From Candidatus Dormiibacterota bacterium (GTDB taxonomy: Bacteria; Chloroflexota; Dormibacteria; Dormibacterales; Dormibacteraceae): DNA of 64,000 nt. Positions 17,620 through 25,334 of this stretch are shown here, piece by piece. The DNA lies in the NCBI GenBank assembly GCA_036264335.1, contig DATARC010000170.1:357-64356 (forward strand), given 5' to 3'. Numbering within the stretch: the first letter of the stretch is position 1; every line of letters begins with the position of its first letter. The notes beneath the pieces were generated by a model. It saw only the letters and a program-made list of their open reading frames with translations. It had not been told where the DNA came from and ran no database searches. A program made the translations under genes and the position numbers.

Positions 17620-18618
17620 ATGCTCAGGCTCGGTTATAAAGCCTCGGCCGAACAATTCGGCCCGCGTCCGCTGCTGGACTTTGCGGTGGCAGCGGAGGAG
17701 CGCGGATTCGACAGCGTTTTCGTCAGTGATCACTTCCAGCCGTGGCGGCACTCCGACGGCCACGCCCCATTCGCGTTCGCGTGGCTCGCGGCCACCGGCG
17801 AGCGAACCAGGCGTGTCGCACTCGGAACCTCGGTCGCGACGCCGACCTTCCGCTACCACCCGGCGGTTGTCGCGCAGGCCTTCGGCACCCTGGGTTCTCT
17901 GTACCCCGGACGCATGATCCTCGGCGTCGGCACCGGCGAGCATCTCAACGAGGGAGCCCTGGGCATCCAGTGGCCCGACAACAAGGAGCGATTCGCGCGG
18001 CTGCGCGAGGCGGTTCGGCTCATCAAGCAGCTGTGGACCGAGGAGCTGGTGACCTTCGACGGGGAGTACTACCACACTCGCAACGCGACGATCTACGACA
18101 AGCCGGACCGGCCAATCCCGATCTACGTCGGCGCCGGCGGCCCGCAGGTCGCCAAGTTTGCAGGTCGCGCCGGCGATGGCTTGATCTGCACGTCGGGCAA
18201 GGGGATGTAGCTTTACTCCGAGCAGCTGCTGCCCTCTTTCGCGGAGGGTGCGAAAGAGTCGGGCCGAGACTCTTCCGAGCTGGACAGGATGATCGAGGTC
18301 AAGGTCTCGTACGACACGGACCGCGATCGTGCCATGGAGGACACCAAGATCTGGGCCGCTCTGGCGCTGCCAGCCGACGCCAAGGCCGGCATCGATGACC
18401 CACGTGAGATGGAGCGGCTGTCTCGCGACGTCGAGAATGTCGCGCACCGGCGCTGGCTCGTCTCGAACGATCCTGACGAGCATATCGAGCAGCTTCGCCC
18501 TTACCTCGAGCTCGGCTTCAATCACCTCGTCTTTCATGCGCCGGGTGATGACCAGGCGCGCTTCCTCGAGCTGTACGGTTCGCAGATCCTGCCTCGGATT
18601 CGCGCTCGATGGGGCTGA
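17620..18618 (+). pseudogene. fgd: F420-dependent glucose-6-phosphate dehydrogenase (Fgd, LLM family) interrupted by one in-frame TAG at 18208-18210
   Basis: Track ORFs 17620..18210 and 18289..18618 are in the same frame, and the frame stays open from 18211. Together they give a full-length Fgd-like protein ([10 protein letters not shown]...SDHFQPW...[14 protein letters not shown]...NHLVFHAPG). Confidence 0.8.
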
Positions 18619-19244
18619 CGCAGAAAGGCGTAAACCCGGGAGACGCTAGCGGCGCGTGGGTCATCGTCCTGGTCAAGGATCTCGACCAGGCCAAGCAGCG
18701 GCTCGGCGACGTCCTCGGCGCGAAGGAACGCAGAGCGCTCGCAATTCGAAATGCCGAGCGAGCGATCAAGGCTGCAGCCGCAGGCGATCATCGGCTGGTC
18801 ATCGGCGGCAGCGTCGAGGTACAGAAGATCGCCCAGGGCCTGGGAGTGGAGGCGGTGATCGAGCGAAGGCAGGAGGGGCAGAACGTGGCGGCGAAGCTGG
18901 GGATCGCACATGCGCTCAAGGGCAAGGCACGTGCGGTGCTCATCCTCTCCAGCGATCTGCCGCTCGTGACGGCGCACTCGGTGAAGGAGATGCTCGACGT
19001 CGCCGGGCGCATTGCGCCACCAGCAGTGGTGGCGGCGCCGGCGATTGGGAGGGGAGGCACCAACGCGCTGTACATGAGCCCACCCGACGTGATCTCGCTC
19101 CATTTCGGCCATGACTCGCTCGAAGCTTTCCGGCGCGAGGCGGAGGCGAAAGGTGTCAACTTTGCCGTGCACCATTCGGAGGCGCTGGCCCTAGACCTCG
19201 ACGAGCCCGAAGATCTCGAGCTCGCCAGGGGGCGCGCGGAATGA
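18609..19244 (+). CDS. cofC: 2-phospho-L-lactate (or PEP) guanylyltransferase, F420 biosynthesis
   Basis: VKDLDQAKQRL and GGTNAL motifs. F420 gene context. Confidence 0.8.
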   Translation: MGLTQKGVNPGDASGAWVIVLVKDLDQAKQRLGDVLGAKERRALAIRNAERAIKAAAAGDHRLVIGGSVEVQKIAQGLGVEAVIERRQEGQNVAAKLGIAHALKGKARAVLILSSDLPLVTAHSVKEMLDVAGRIAPPAVVAAPAIGRGGTNALYMSPPDVISLHFGHDSLEAFRREAEAKGVNFAVHHSEALALDLDEPEDLELARGRAE

Positions 19245-19978
19245 GTCGCGTGGAGCTGCTTGCCGTTGACGGCCTGCCCGAGATCGAGGCGGGCGACGAT
19301 CTCGCGCAGCTCATAGCCTCGCGGATCAGCCTCGAGGCCGGCGACATCGTGGCGGTGGCGCAGAAGGTGGTTTCCAAGGCCGAGGGTTGCACCAGGGACC
19401 TGGCCACCGTCACCGCGAGCGCCGAGGCGATCCGCCTCGCGCCAGGCCTGGTGGCCGAGCCGGATCCGCGCTTCGTGCAGGTGGTCCTCGATGAGAGCGT
19501 GCGGATCCTGCGAACCGAGCGCGTGCTGATCACGGAGACGCGACACGGTTACGTGTGCGCGAACAGCGGGGTCGACCAGTCGAACATTCCCGGCTCGGAG
19601 GTGGTGACGCTTCTTCCTCTGGACCCCGACGCAAGCGCAGCACGGATAAGGGATCGGTTGCGTGAGATAACCGGCGTGGCCGCCGGGGTCATCGTTTCGG
19701 ACACCTTCGGCCGCCCGTGGCGGCTTGGAATCCTGAACGTGGCGCTGGGCGTCGCTGGCATGCCGGCGCTCGTCGATATGCGCGGGCGAAAGGACGATGC
19801 GGGCAGGGAGCTCCACGCAACGGTGCTCGCCGTTGCCGATGAGGTGGCGGCGTCAGCAGGGCTGGTGATGGGGAAGACGCGCAGGACGCCCGTGGTCGTC
19901 GTTCGCGGATTGGACCTGCAGGGAAGCGGCAGCGGGCAAGAGCTGATCCGGCCGGCTGCGGAAGACCTGTTCCGGTGA
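19241..19978 (+). CDS. cofE: Coenzyme F420-0:L-glutamate ligase
   Basis: AQKVVSKAEG, GYVCANSGVDQSN and DTFGRPWR motifs. ATGA overlap with cofC. Confidence 0.85.
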   Translation: MSRVELLAVDGLPEIEAGDDLAQLIASRISLEAGDIVAVAQKVVSKAEGCTRDLATVTASAEAIRLAPGLVAEPDPRFVQVVLDESVRILRTERVLITETRHGYVCANSGVDQSNIPGSEVVTLLPLDPDASAARIRDRLREITGVAAGVIVSDTFGRPWRLGILNVALGVAGMPALVDMRGRKDDAGRELHATVLAVADEVAASAGLVMGKTRRTPVVVVRGLDLQGSGSGQELIRPAAEDLFR

Positions 19979-20898
19979 AGGTCGTCGTGCTCGCCGGCGG
20001 CACGGGCGGGGCGATGCTCGCGGCCGGCTTCCTATCGATGTTGCCCGGGCGCGACCTCACGGTCATCGCGAACACCGCGGACGACGACGAGTTCTGGGGA
20101 CTTCTCGTGAGCCCTGACGTGGACGCGGTCATCTACAGGCTTGCCGGCGCCTTCAATCAGAAGGCGGGTTATGGCGTCAAGGACGACACGTTTGACACGC
20201 TCGATGCGCTCGCAAGGCTCGGGGAAGATACGTGGTTTCGGATTGGCGACCACGACTTTGCCACGCACCTCGTTCGAACGGAATTGCTGCGGCAAGGGCG
20301 CCGGCTGACTGACACCGCGGTCGAGCTGTGCCGCCGCTGGGGCGTCGAAGCGTCAGTTCTACCGATGACCGACGACACGGTGCGGACGCGATTCGACACG
20401 GATCGCGGAGTGTTCTCTTTCCAGGAGTACTTCGTGCGCGAACGGCTGGCGCCGGCCCTGAGGCGAATCGATTTCGCGGGGATCGACTCGGCCGGGCCTA
20501 CGCCCGAGGTGCTGGCGGCGCTGGCCCGCGCCGACATCGTGGTGATCGGCCCTTCCAACCCGCTCATCTCAATCGCGCCGATCCTGCGCGTGCTCGGTCC
20601 ACACGTGCCCCGTGATCGAACGGTGGCCATCTCGCCGATTGTCGGCGGCGCTGCCTTGAAGGGGCCGACCGTGGCGATGATGCGCGCGATGGGCGTTGAC
20701 GCCTCTCCCATTGCCGTCGCGGGGATGTACTCCTCCGTGGCGAGTCTGTTTGTCGTCGACAGCCAGGACGCTTCGCTGGCTCCGGAGATAGAAGAGCTCG
20801 GCTACCGCGCGCTCGTCACGGACACGGTGATGACGGATGGAGGACAGGGATTGGCGGCGGCGATACTCGACACGGCGCCGGCGCGGGAGCGGCTTTAG
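19975..20898 (+). CDS. cofD: 2-phospho-L-lactate transferase (FbiA/CofD)
   Basis: N-terminus VLAGGTGGA, IANTADD and GPSNP motifs. GTGA overlap with cofE. Confidence 0.85.
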   Translation: MKVVVLAGGTGGAMLAAGFLSMLPGRDLTVIANTADDDEFWGLLVSPDVDAVIYRLAGAFNQKAGYGVKDDTFDTLDALARLGEDTWFRIGDHDFATHLVRTELLRQGRRLTDTAVELCRRWGVEASVLPMTDDTVRTRFDTDRGVFSFQEYFVRERLAPALRRIDFAGIDSAGPTPEVLAALARADIVVIGPSNPLISIAPILRVLGPHVPRDRTVAISPIVGGAALKGPTVAMMRAMGVDASPIAVAGMYSSVASLFVVDSQDASLAPEIEELGYRALVTDTVMTDGGQGLAAAILDTAPARERL

Positions 20899-20939
20899 GC
20901 CCTTATGGATCGGAGCAGGGTCGCGAGCTGCCCGGACGC

Positions 20940-21782
20940 CTAGGTACCGTGCGAGTTCGCCACCATCACCACGACTCCGATGAGCACCATCACCAGGCCG
21001 ACGACGAGCACCGCGTATTGGGCGATTGCGATCACTGCGCTGGGTTTCTTGGGCCCCTCGTCCGGCTGATCGCCCGCGGCTTCTCCTGAGGCCAGGGACC
21101 AGGCGCCGGCCTGCACGTCCTTCGAGCCCTTCTTCTTGGCGGCGGGCTCAGGCTCGGCCGAGGCCTTGCTCTCGCCGACGACCGACCAGGAGGCGCCTGC
21201 CGCAGCCGGCCTCGAAGAGGGCTCGGCCGGGGCTCGATCAGGCTCGATCGGCGTTGGAGGCGAGGGCGTCCACTCAGGCTGAGCGGCGGGTGCTGGATAC
21301 GAAGGCGGCTCATATGCGGGCTGCGCCGGCGGCGGCTCATATGCGGGCTGTGCCGGCGGCGGCTCGTAGGCGGGTGGCGCCGGTGTTGGCTCGTAGGCGG
21401 GTGGCGCTGGTGGTGGCTCGTAGGCGGGCGCCGGCGGGGCATATGCCGGCGGGTCGACAGGAGTCGTGACAGGAGAATCCCAGGCCGACCGCGAGGGGGC
21501 TTTTGCGGGAGGCGGCGCCACCGGAGGGCTGGCGTAGGCCGTCGCTTCGTAAGTCATCACGGGTGCTGCGGCCGCGGTCTCGTCGATCGAGTGGCCCTTG
21601 TCTGCCTTCTCCGCCCGTCTGGACGGAGCGAGCGTTCGCTGGCGTGCCGCGCGGACCTTGTGCTCGATCTGAGAGCGGCGAGCCGAGTACATCGAGCGCT
21701 TCTCGACCGACTTGTGGCGCATGACGAATACGACGGCCACGATTCCGATCACAGCTACCGCGGGTCCGATCAGAAGGAGCAT
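20940..21782 (-). CDS. Proline-rich protein with TM helices at both termini and tandem PAYEPPPAQ-type repeats
   Basis: ORF 20940..21782. Five 27-nt DNA repeat units at 21304-21438. Confidence 0.6.
   Translation of the reverse strand: MLLLIGPAVAVIGIVAVVFVMRHKSVEKRSMYSARRSQIEHKVRAARQRTLAPSRRAEKADKGHSIDETAAAAPVMTYEATAYASPPVAPPPAKAPSRSAWDSPVTTPVDPPAYAPPAPAYEPPPAPPAYEPTPAPPAYEPPPAQPAYEPPPAQPAYEPPSYPAPAAQPEWTPSPPTPIEPDRAPAEPSSRPAAAGASWSVVGESKASAEPEPAAKKKGSKDVQAGAWSLASGEAAGDQPDEGPKKPSAVIAIAQYAVLVVGLVMVLIGVVVMVANSHGT
21304..21438 (-). repeat. Five tandem 27-nt coding repeats (nonapeptide PAYEPPPAQ variants)
   Basis: Units ggcggctcatatgcgggctgcgccggc and variants, read directly at 21304, 21331, 21358, 21385 and 21412. 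Confidence 0.9.
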
Positions 21783-21859
21783 TGGGGCCGATTATCGGCG
21801 ATCGGAACTACGAGGTGCGAGCCCAAAGTCGATACCACCTCTGTGTGACAATCGCTGCG

Positions 21860-22309
21860 GTGGCGCTCTACGACCGAATTCAGTCCGATCTTGTGGAAGC
21901 TCGGCGCAGTCGAGATGAGCTCGGCTTGAGCACGCTGTCGCTGTTGAAGAGCGAGCTGGTGAAAGCGAGCAAGGAGACTGGCGCGGGAGAGCTGAACGAC
22001 GAGCTGGTCCAGCGAGTTGCTCGCCGAGAGGTGAAGAAGCGGGAGGAGGCCATCGAGGTCTACCGGAAGGCGGGCCGCGCCGAGTCGGCCGCGCGCGAAG
22101 AGGCGGAGATGGCGGTACTGCGCGGTTACCTGCCGGCGGCGATGAGCACGGCAGACGTGGAGGCCGAGGTCCAGGCTGTCATCGACGAGCTGAAGCCGGA
22201 AGGCCCGAAGGCATTCGGCGCTGTGATGAAGGCGGCAACGGCGCGCTTGGCAGGAAGGGCCGAAGGCACCCAGGTCGCGGCCGCAGCGCGCAAGTTGCTT
22301 GGCTCCTAA
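21860..22309 (+). CDS. GatB/YqeY domain protein
   Basis: YDRIQSDLVEARRSRD...REVKKREEAIEVYRKAGR...LKPEGPKAFGAVMK. GTG 21860 gives the typical length of about 149 aa; GTG 21845 is an alternative. Confidence 0.7.
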   Translation: MALYDRIQSDLVEARRSRDELGLSTLSLLKSELVKASKETGAGELNDELVQRVARREVKKREEAIEVYRKAGRAESAAREEAEMAVLRGYLPAAMSTADVEAEVQAVIDELKPEGPKAFGAVMKAATARLAGRAEGTQVAAAARKLLGS

Positions 22310-23000
22310 GCCCAAGCGCAAGAAGGCCCCGCCGCTCCCGAGGCTGCCGGCGGGCGCGCGTATTCGGGCCAAGCTCACGGTTGCGCGGCTCAAGGAGGCT
22401 TATCCGGCGGTAACGGAGCTGGCCCACCAGGATCCGTTCGAGCTTTTGATCGCCACGATCCTGTCGGCGCAGACCACAGACCGCTCCGTCAACTCGATCA
22501 CGCCCGAGCTTTTCAGGCGTTACCCGACAGCCGCCGACCTGGCCGCCGCCGATCCAGCGGTGATCGAGGTTGTGATCAAGCCAACGGGATTTTTTCGAGC
22601 CAAGACGCGTTCGATCATCGCGGCGAGCCGGAAGCTGGTCGAGCTGTTCGACGGCGTTGTGCCGGGGAACATCGATGACCTCGTCAAGCTGCCGGGGATC
22701 GGGCGCAAGACCGCGAACGTCATCCTCGGCGTGGGCTTCGACGTGCCGGGGTTCGCGGTCGACACGCACGTCAAGCGCCTCACCAACCGCATCAAGCTGG
22801 CTTCGTCGAAGGACCCCGTGAAGATCGAGAGGCAGGTGTGCTCGATCGTGCCGAAGGAGGAGTGGACGGGGTTGTCGCTGCGGCTGATCCTGCACGGGCG
22901 CCGAATCTGCATCGCCCGCCGGCCGCGCTGCGAGGAGTGCATCCTCAACGACTTCTGCCCGTCCTCGCTGACCCGCCCGCGGCGCAGCCAGAAGGGGTAA
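22299..23000 (+). CDS. nth: Endonuclease III
   Basis: HhH motif LPGIGRKTANVIL, catalytic VDTHV, and C-x6-C-x2-C-x5-C cluster (CIARRPRCEECILNDFC). Confidence 0.9.
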   Translation: MAPKPKRKKAPPLPRLPAGARIRAKLTVARLKEAYPAVTELAHQDPFELLIATILSAQTTDRSVNSITPELFRRYPTAADLAAADPAVIEVVIKPTGFFRAKTRSIIAASRKLVELFDGVVPGNIDDLVKLPGIGRKTANVILGVGFDVPGFAVDTHVKRLTNRIKLASSKDPVKIERQVCSIVPKEEWTGLSLRLILHGRRICIARRPRCEECILNDFCPSSLTRPRRSQKG

Positions 23001-23213
23001 GGCGGGCTGGGCCGGTGGCGGATGCGGCCAAAAGGGCACGAATGGTCGGCTTGATCCCAGAAAACGCGACCAATAGGGCACGGATGGTCGTCTCGAGCGA
23101 ACCTGCACCTCGGCCGGGGCCCACCCTCCTCCCGGGCTGGTCCCACCCCCGCCAGCACGCCGTCACGTACTCAATCAGGCCAGGTCCCAGGCCGCAATCC
23201 AGCCTGTTAACGA

Positions 23214-23229
23214 TCGAACATTTGTTCTA
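23214..23229 (+). promoter_or_regulatory. Candidate LexA SOS box (TCGAAC-N4-GTTC)
   Basis: tcGAACatttGTTCta read at 23214-23229, overlapping a TANNNT hexamer (TATGCT, 23228-23233) immediately upstream of the radical SAM gene. Confidence 0.55.
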
Positions 23230-23239
23230 TGCTGTGGCG

Positions 23240-24160
23240 GTGGAGGCGCCGGAGGCTCGCCTGGCCGACGTCGAATATCTCGAGGTTCAGTGCAAGTCGG
23301 CGCTCAACCCCGTCAAGGGCATGTTCTTCAACTGGTCCCTGAATCCATACACGGGGTGCGAGCACCGATGCGCCTTCTGCTACGTCCGCGCCTTCGAGCT
23401 CCGCGCGGATCGGCCCTCCGACGACCGCTACGGCCGCACTGTGCGCATCAAGCTGAACGTCGCAGGCGTCCTGCGTGCCGAGCTGTCACGCAGGTCCTGG
23501 AAGAAAGAGACGATCGTCATCGGCGCCGCCACCGACCCCTACCAACCAGCTGAAGGTCGATACAAGCTCACCCGCAAGTGCCTTGAGGTGCTACGTGACT
23601 TTTCGAACCCTGGCGCGATGATCACCCGCGGTCCGATGATCGTTCGCGACATCGACGTCCTGAGCGACCTGGCGCGGCGCGCCGACCTCCACATCACCTT
23701 CAGCATCCCCACCGTCGACGACGAGGTCTGGCGCCGGACCGAGCCCGGCACCGCGCACCCACGCCAGAGGCTGAGGGCGATCGAAAAGCTCGTGTCTGCC
23801 GGCATCGACGTGGGGGTCGGCATGGCTCCCATCCTGCCGGGGCTGTCGGACCGGCCCGATCGCCTCGAAGCGGTGATCAAAGCCGCACGCGACGCAGGCG
23901 CCACCGGCCTGTGGGCCGGCATGCTGCATCTCAAAGAGGGGACGCGCGAGCACTTCATGTCGGTCTTGGGCCGGCACTGGCCCGAGCTGGTGCCGCGGTA
24001 CGAGCAGGCTTACAAAGCGCGCGCCTATCTGCCGCCAGCGTACGGCGAGCAGACGATGAAGGCTGTTGGGCGGCTCCGGGCGGTGCACGGTGTCGCGGAT
24101 CGGCGTCGCGTCATTCTCAAGCCGCCACCCGAGCCCGAGCAGCTTTCTCTGCTGGCTTAG
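23240..24160 (+). CDS. Radical SAM protein, SplB/Rv2578c-like (COG1533 DNA-repair-photolyase family)
   Basis: C-terminal part of track ORF 22838..24160. CEHRCAFC CxxxCxxC motif. Candidate starts are GTG 23240, GTG 23234 and TTG 23222. Confidence 0.75.
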   Translation: MEAPEARLADVEYLEVQCKSALNPVKGMFFNWSLNPYTGCEHRCAFCYVRAFELRADRPSDDRYGRTVRIKLNVAGVLRAELSRRSWKKETIVIGAATDPYQPAEGRYKLTRKCLEVLRDFSNPGAMITRGPMIVRDIDVLSDLARRADLHITFSIPTVDDEVWRRTEPGTAHPRQRLRAIEKLVSAGIDVGVGMAPILPGLSDRPDRLEAVIKAARDAGATGLWAGMLHLKEGTREHFMSVLGRHWPELVPRYEQAYKARAYLPPAYGEQTMKAVGRLRAVHGVADRRRVILKPPPEPEQLSLLA

Positions 24161-24169
24161 CATTCGCAC

Positions 24170-24466
24170 ATGCGAAGTCCGCTCGATGCGCTGATGGGGA
24201 AGGTTGGTGGGTTCACCACGACCGAGGTGGCCCGCCGCACCGTGCCTTGTTACAAGCACGTCATCGAGAAGGATGGGGAGCGCCTGGCGTTGTGCCTGCT
24301 TGTCGACTCCGGAAAGCTGTACCGCTTTCCGTTCGAGGACACCAAGCCGATGAAGGGTCTCGAGATCAAGGCGCGTTTCCTGCGTGGAGAGATGGAGCAC
24401 CTCAGGCTGCGTGAGTTCCAACCCGGACTGTGTCGCTATGTCGAAAGAGCTGACAAAGCCGTCTGA
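24170..24466 (+). CDS. Hypothetical protein (98 aa)
   Basis: ORF 24170..24466 with protein-like composition. No motif recognised. Confidence 0.45.
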   Translation: MRSPLDALMGKVGGFTTTEVARRTVPCYKHVIEKDGERLALCLLVDSGKLYRFPFEDTKPMKGLEIKARFLRGEMEHLRLREFQPGLCRYVERADKAV

Positions 24467-24719
24467 GTCGCTGGTCCAGGAGCTGCTGGCGGAGAGGCGT
24501 GACCTCAAGGTGGCGCTGGAGCGCCTGCGCCTCGAGCTCGCGGACGTGCGCAGCACGAGTGGTGGACCCGATCCCCGCGTGCGGGATCTGACCGCCGAGG
24601 TGGAGCGCTTGCGATATCAGCTCGCGCACTCGAGGGCGGAGGCGGGATTGTTGCGCGACGAACGCGATGAGCTGCGTCAGGGCGTGGTGCGGGTGATGGA
24701 GCAGATCGCCAAGGGGTAG
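24438..24719 (+). CDS. Hypothetical coiled-coil protein (93 aa)
   Basis: ATG 24438 inside track ORF 24384..24719. Heptad-like, Leu/Arg/Glu-rich sequence. Confidence 0.45.
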   Translation: MSKELTKPSESLVQELLAERRDLKVALERLRLELADVRSTSGGPDPRVRDLTAEVERLRYQLAHSRAEAGLLRDERDELRQGVVRVMEQIAKG

Positions 24720-24742
24720 CACGCCCCGCGCGGGCTCAAGAG

Positions 24743-24770
24743 AAAAGGGCCCCACCGCGTGGGGCCCTTT
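24743..24770. terminator. Bidirectional intrinsic terminator
   Basis: aaaa-GGGCCCCAC-cgc-GTGGGGCCC-ttt. A perfect 9-bp GC stem between convergent genes. Confidence 0.8.
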
Positions 24771-24787
24771 CACTGATCAGCTGACTG

Positions 24788-25201
24788 TTACTTCGCCCAG
24801 CCCTCGACCATTGGGACGTAGTTGGATGCGAGGCCCTGGAGGCCAGGGAAAGCGAAGCGCTTGCCACCCGCCTGCAACGCGAGGATGAGCCCGATGATCC
24901 AGACGATCAACCAGGCGATCCACCAAAGCAGGGGTAGGAAGAGCAGGAATACCGTGACCGTGCCAATCACCCACAGCAGGATGTAAACGATCAGAAACGC
25001 TCCGTGGATGACTGTCGCGTTCGCTGCGTTGTACTTGACATCCGGGTCGTCCTTGCCCACGAAAAGAAAGATCAGGCTCCCGATGGGCGGAAACAAAGCC
25101 CAGGCAAGGATGGTGTACAGGTTCTTGTTGCTGCCGACAGCACTGGGCGTCCCTCCCATGGGTGCCGGCTGTCCGGGCGGCGGCGGCGGCATCTGCGACA
25201 T
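24788..25201 (-). CDS. DUF4870-like small membrane protein with Pro-rich N-terminus
   Basis: ORF 24788..25201 with 3-4 TM helices. The family call is tentative. Confidence 0.55.
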   Translation of the reverse strand: MSQMPPPPPGQPAPMGGTPSAVGSNKNLYTILAWALFPPIGSLIFLFVGKDDPDVKYNAANATVIHGAFLIVYILLWVIGTVTVFLLFLPLLWWIAWLIVWIIGLILALQAGGKRFAFPGLQGLASNYVPMVEGWAK

Positions 25202-25334
25202 AGGTGTCCTCCTCGAATTACTGGCGTGGTTCGGGCCCGATTATGGGTCGAATGCCGCCAAAACGCCATAGGTTTGGCACGCTTGTCCATCAATGGCGTA
25301 GGTGTTCAACCCACTCTGCTAGGCTCCGAGCGAA

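Noticed and set aside
18208-18210. Genome-wide reassignment of TAG (for example to a sense codon) as the explanation for the in-frame amber in fgd.
   Set aside because: TAG terminates several confidently delimited genes in the window at family-typical C-termini (ends at 7692, 12274, 26846 and 63677; minus-strand ends at 10226, 12826 and 34865).
21304-21438. Regularly spaced 27-nt repeats, considered as a possible CRISPR-like array.
   Set aside because: The units are directly adjacent with no spacers. They are in frame and encode a Pro-rich nonapeptide repeat inside a long ORF.
25275-25289. A sigma54-like element, TGGCACGCTTGTCCA, upstream of the Ser/Thr kinase.
   Set aside because: The -24 TGGCAC is present, but the -12 GC dinucleotide is out of register. 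The consensus is TGGCACG-N4-TTGC, and here the aligned positions read TCCA.
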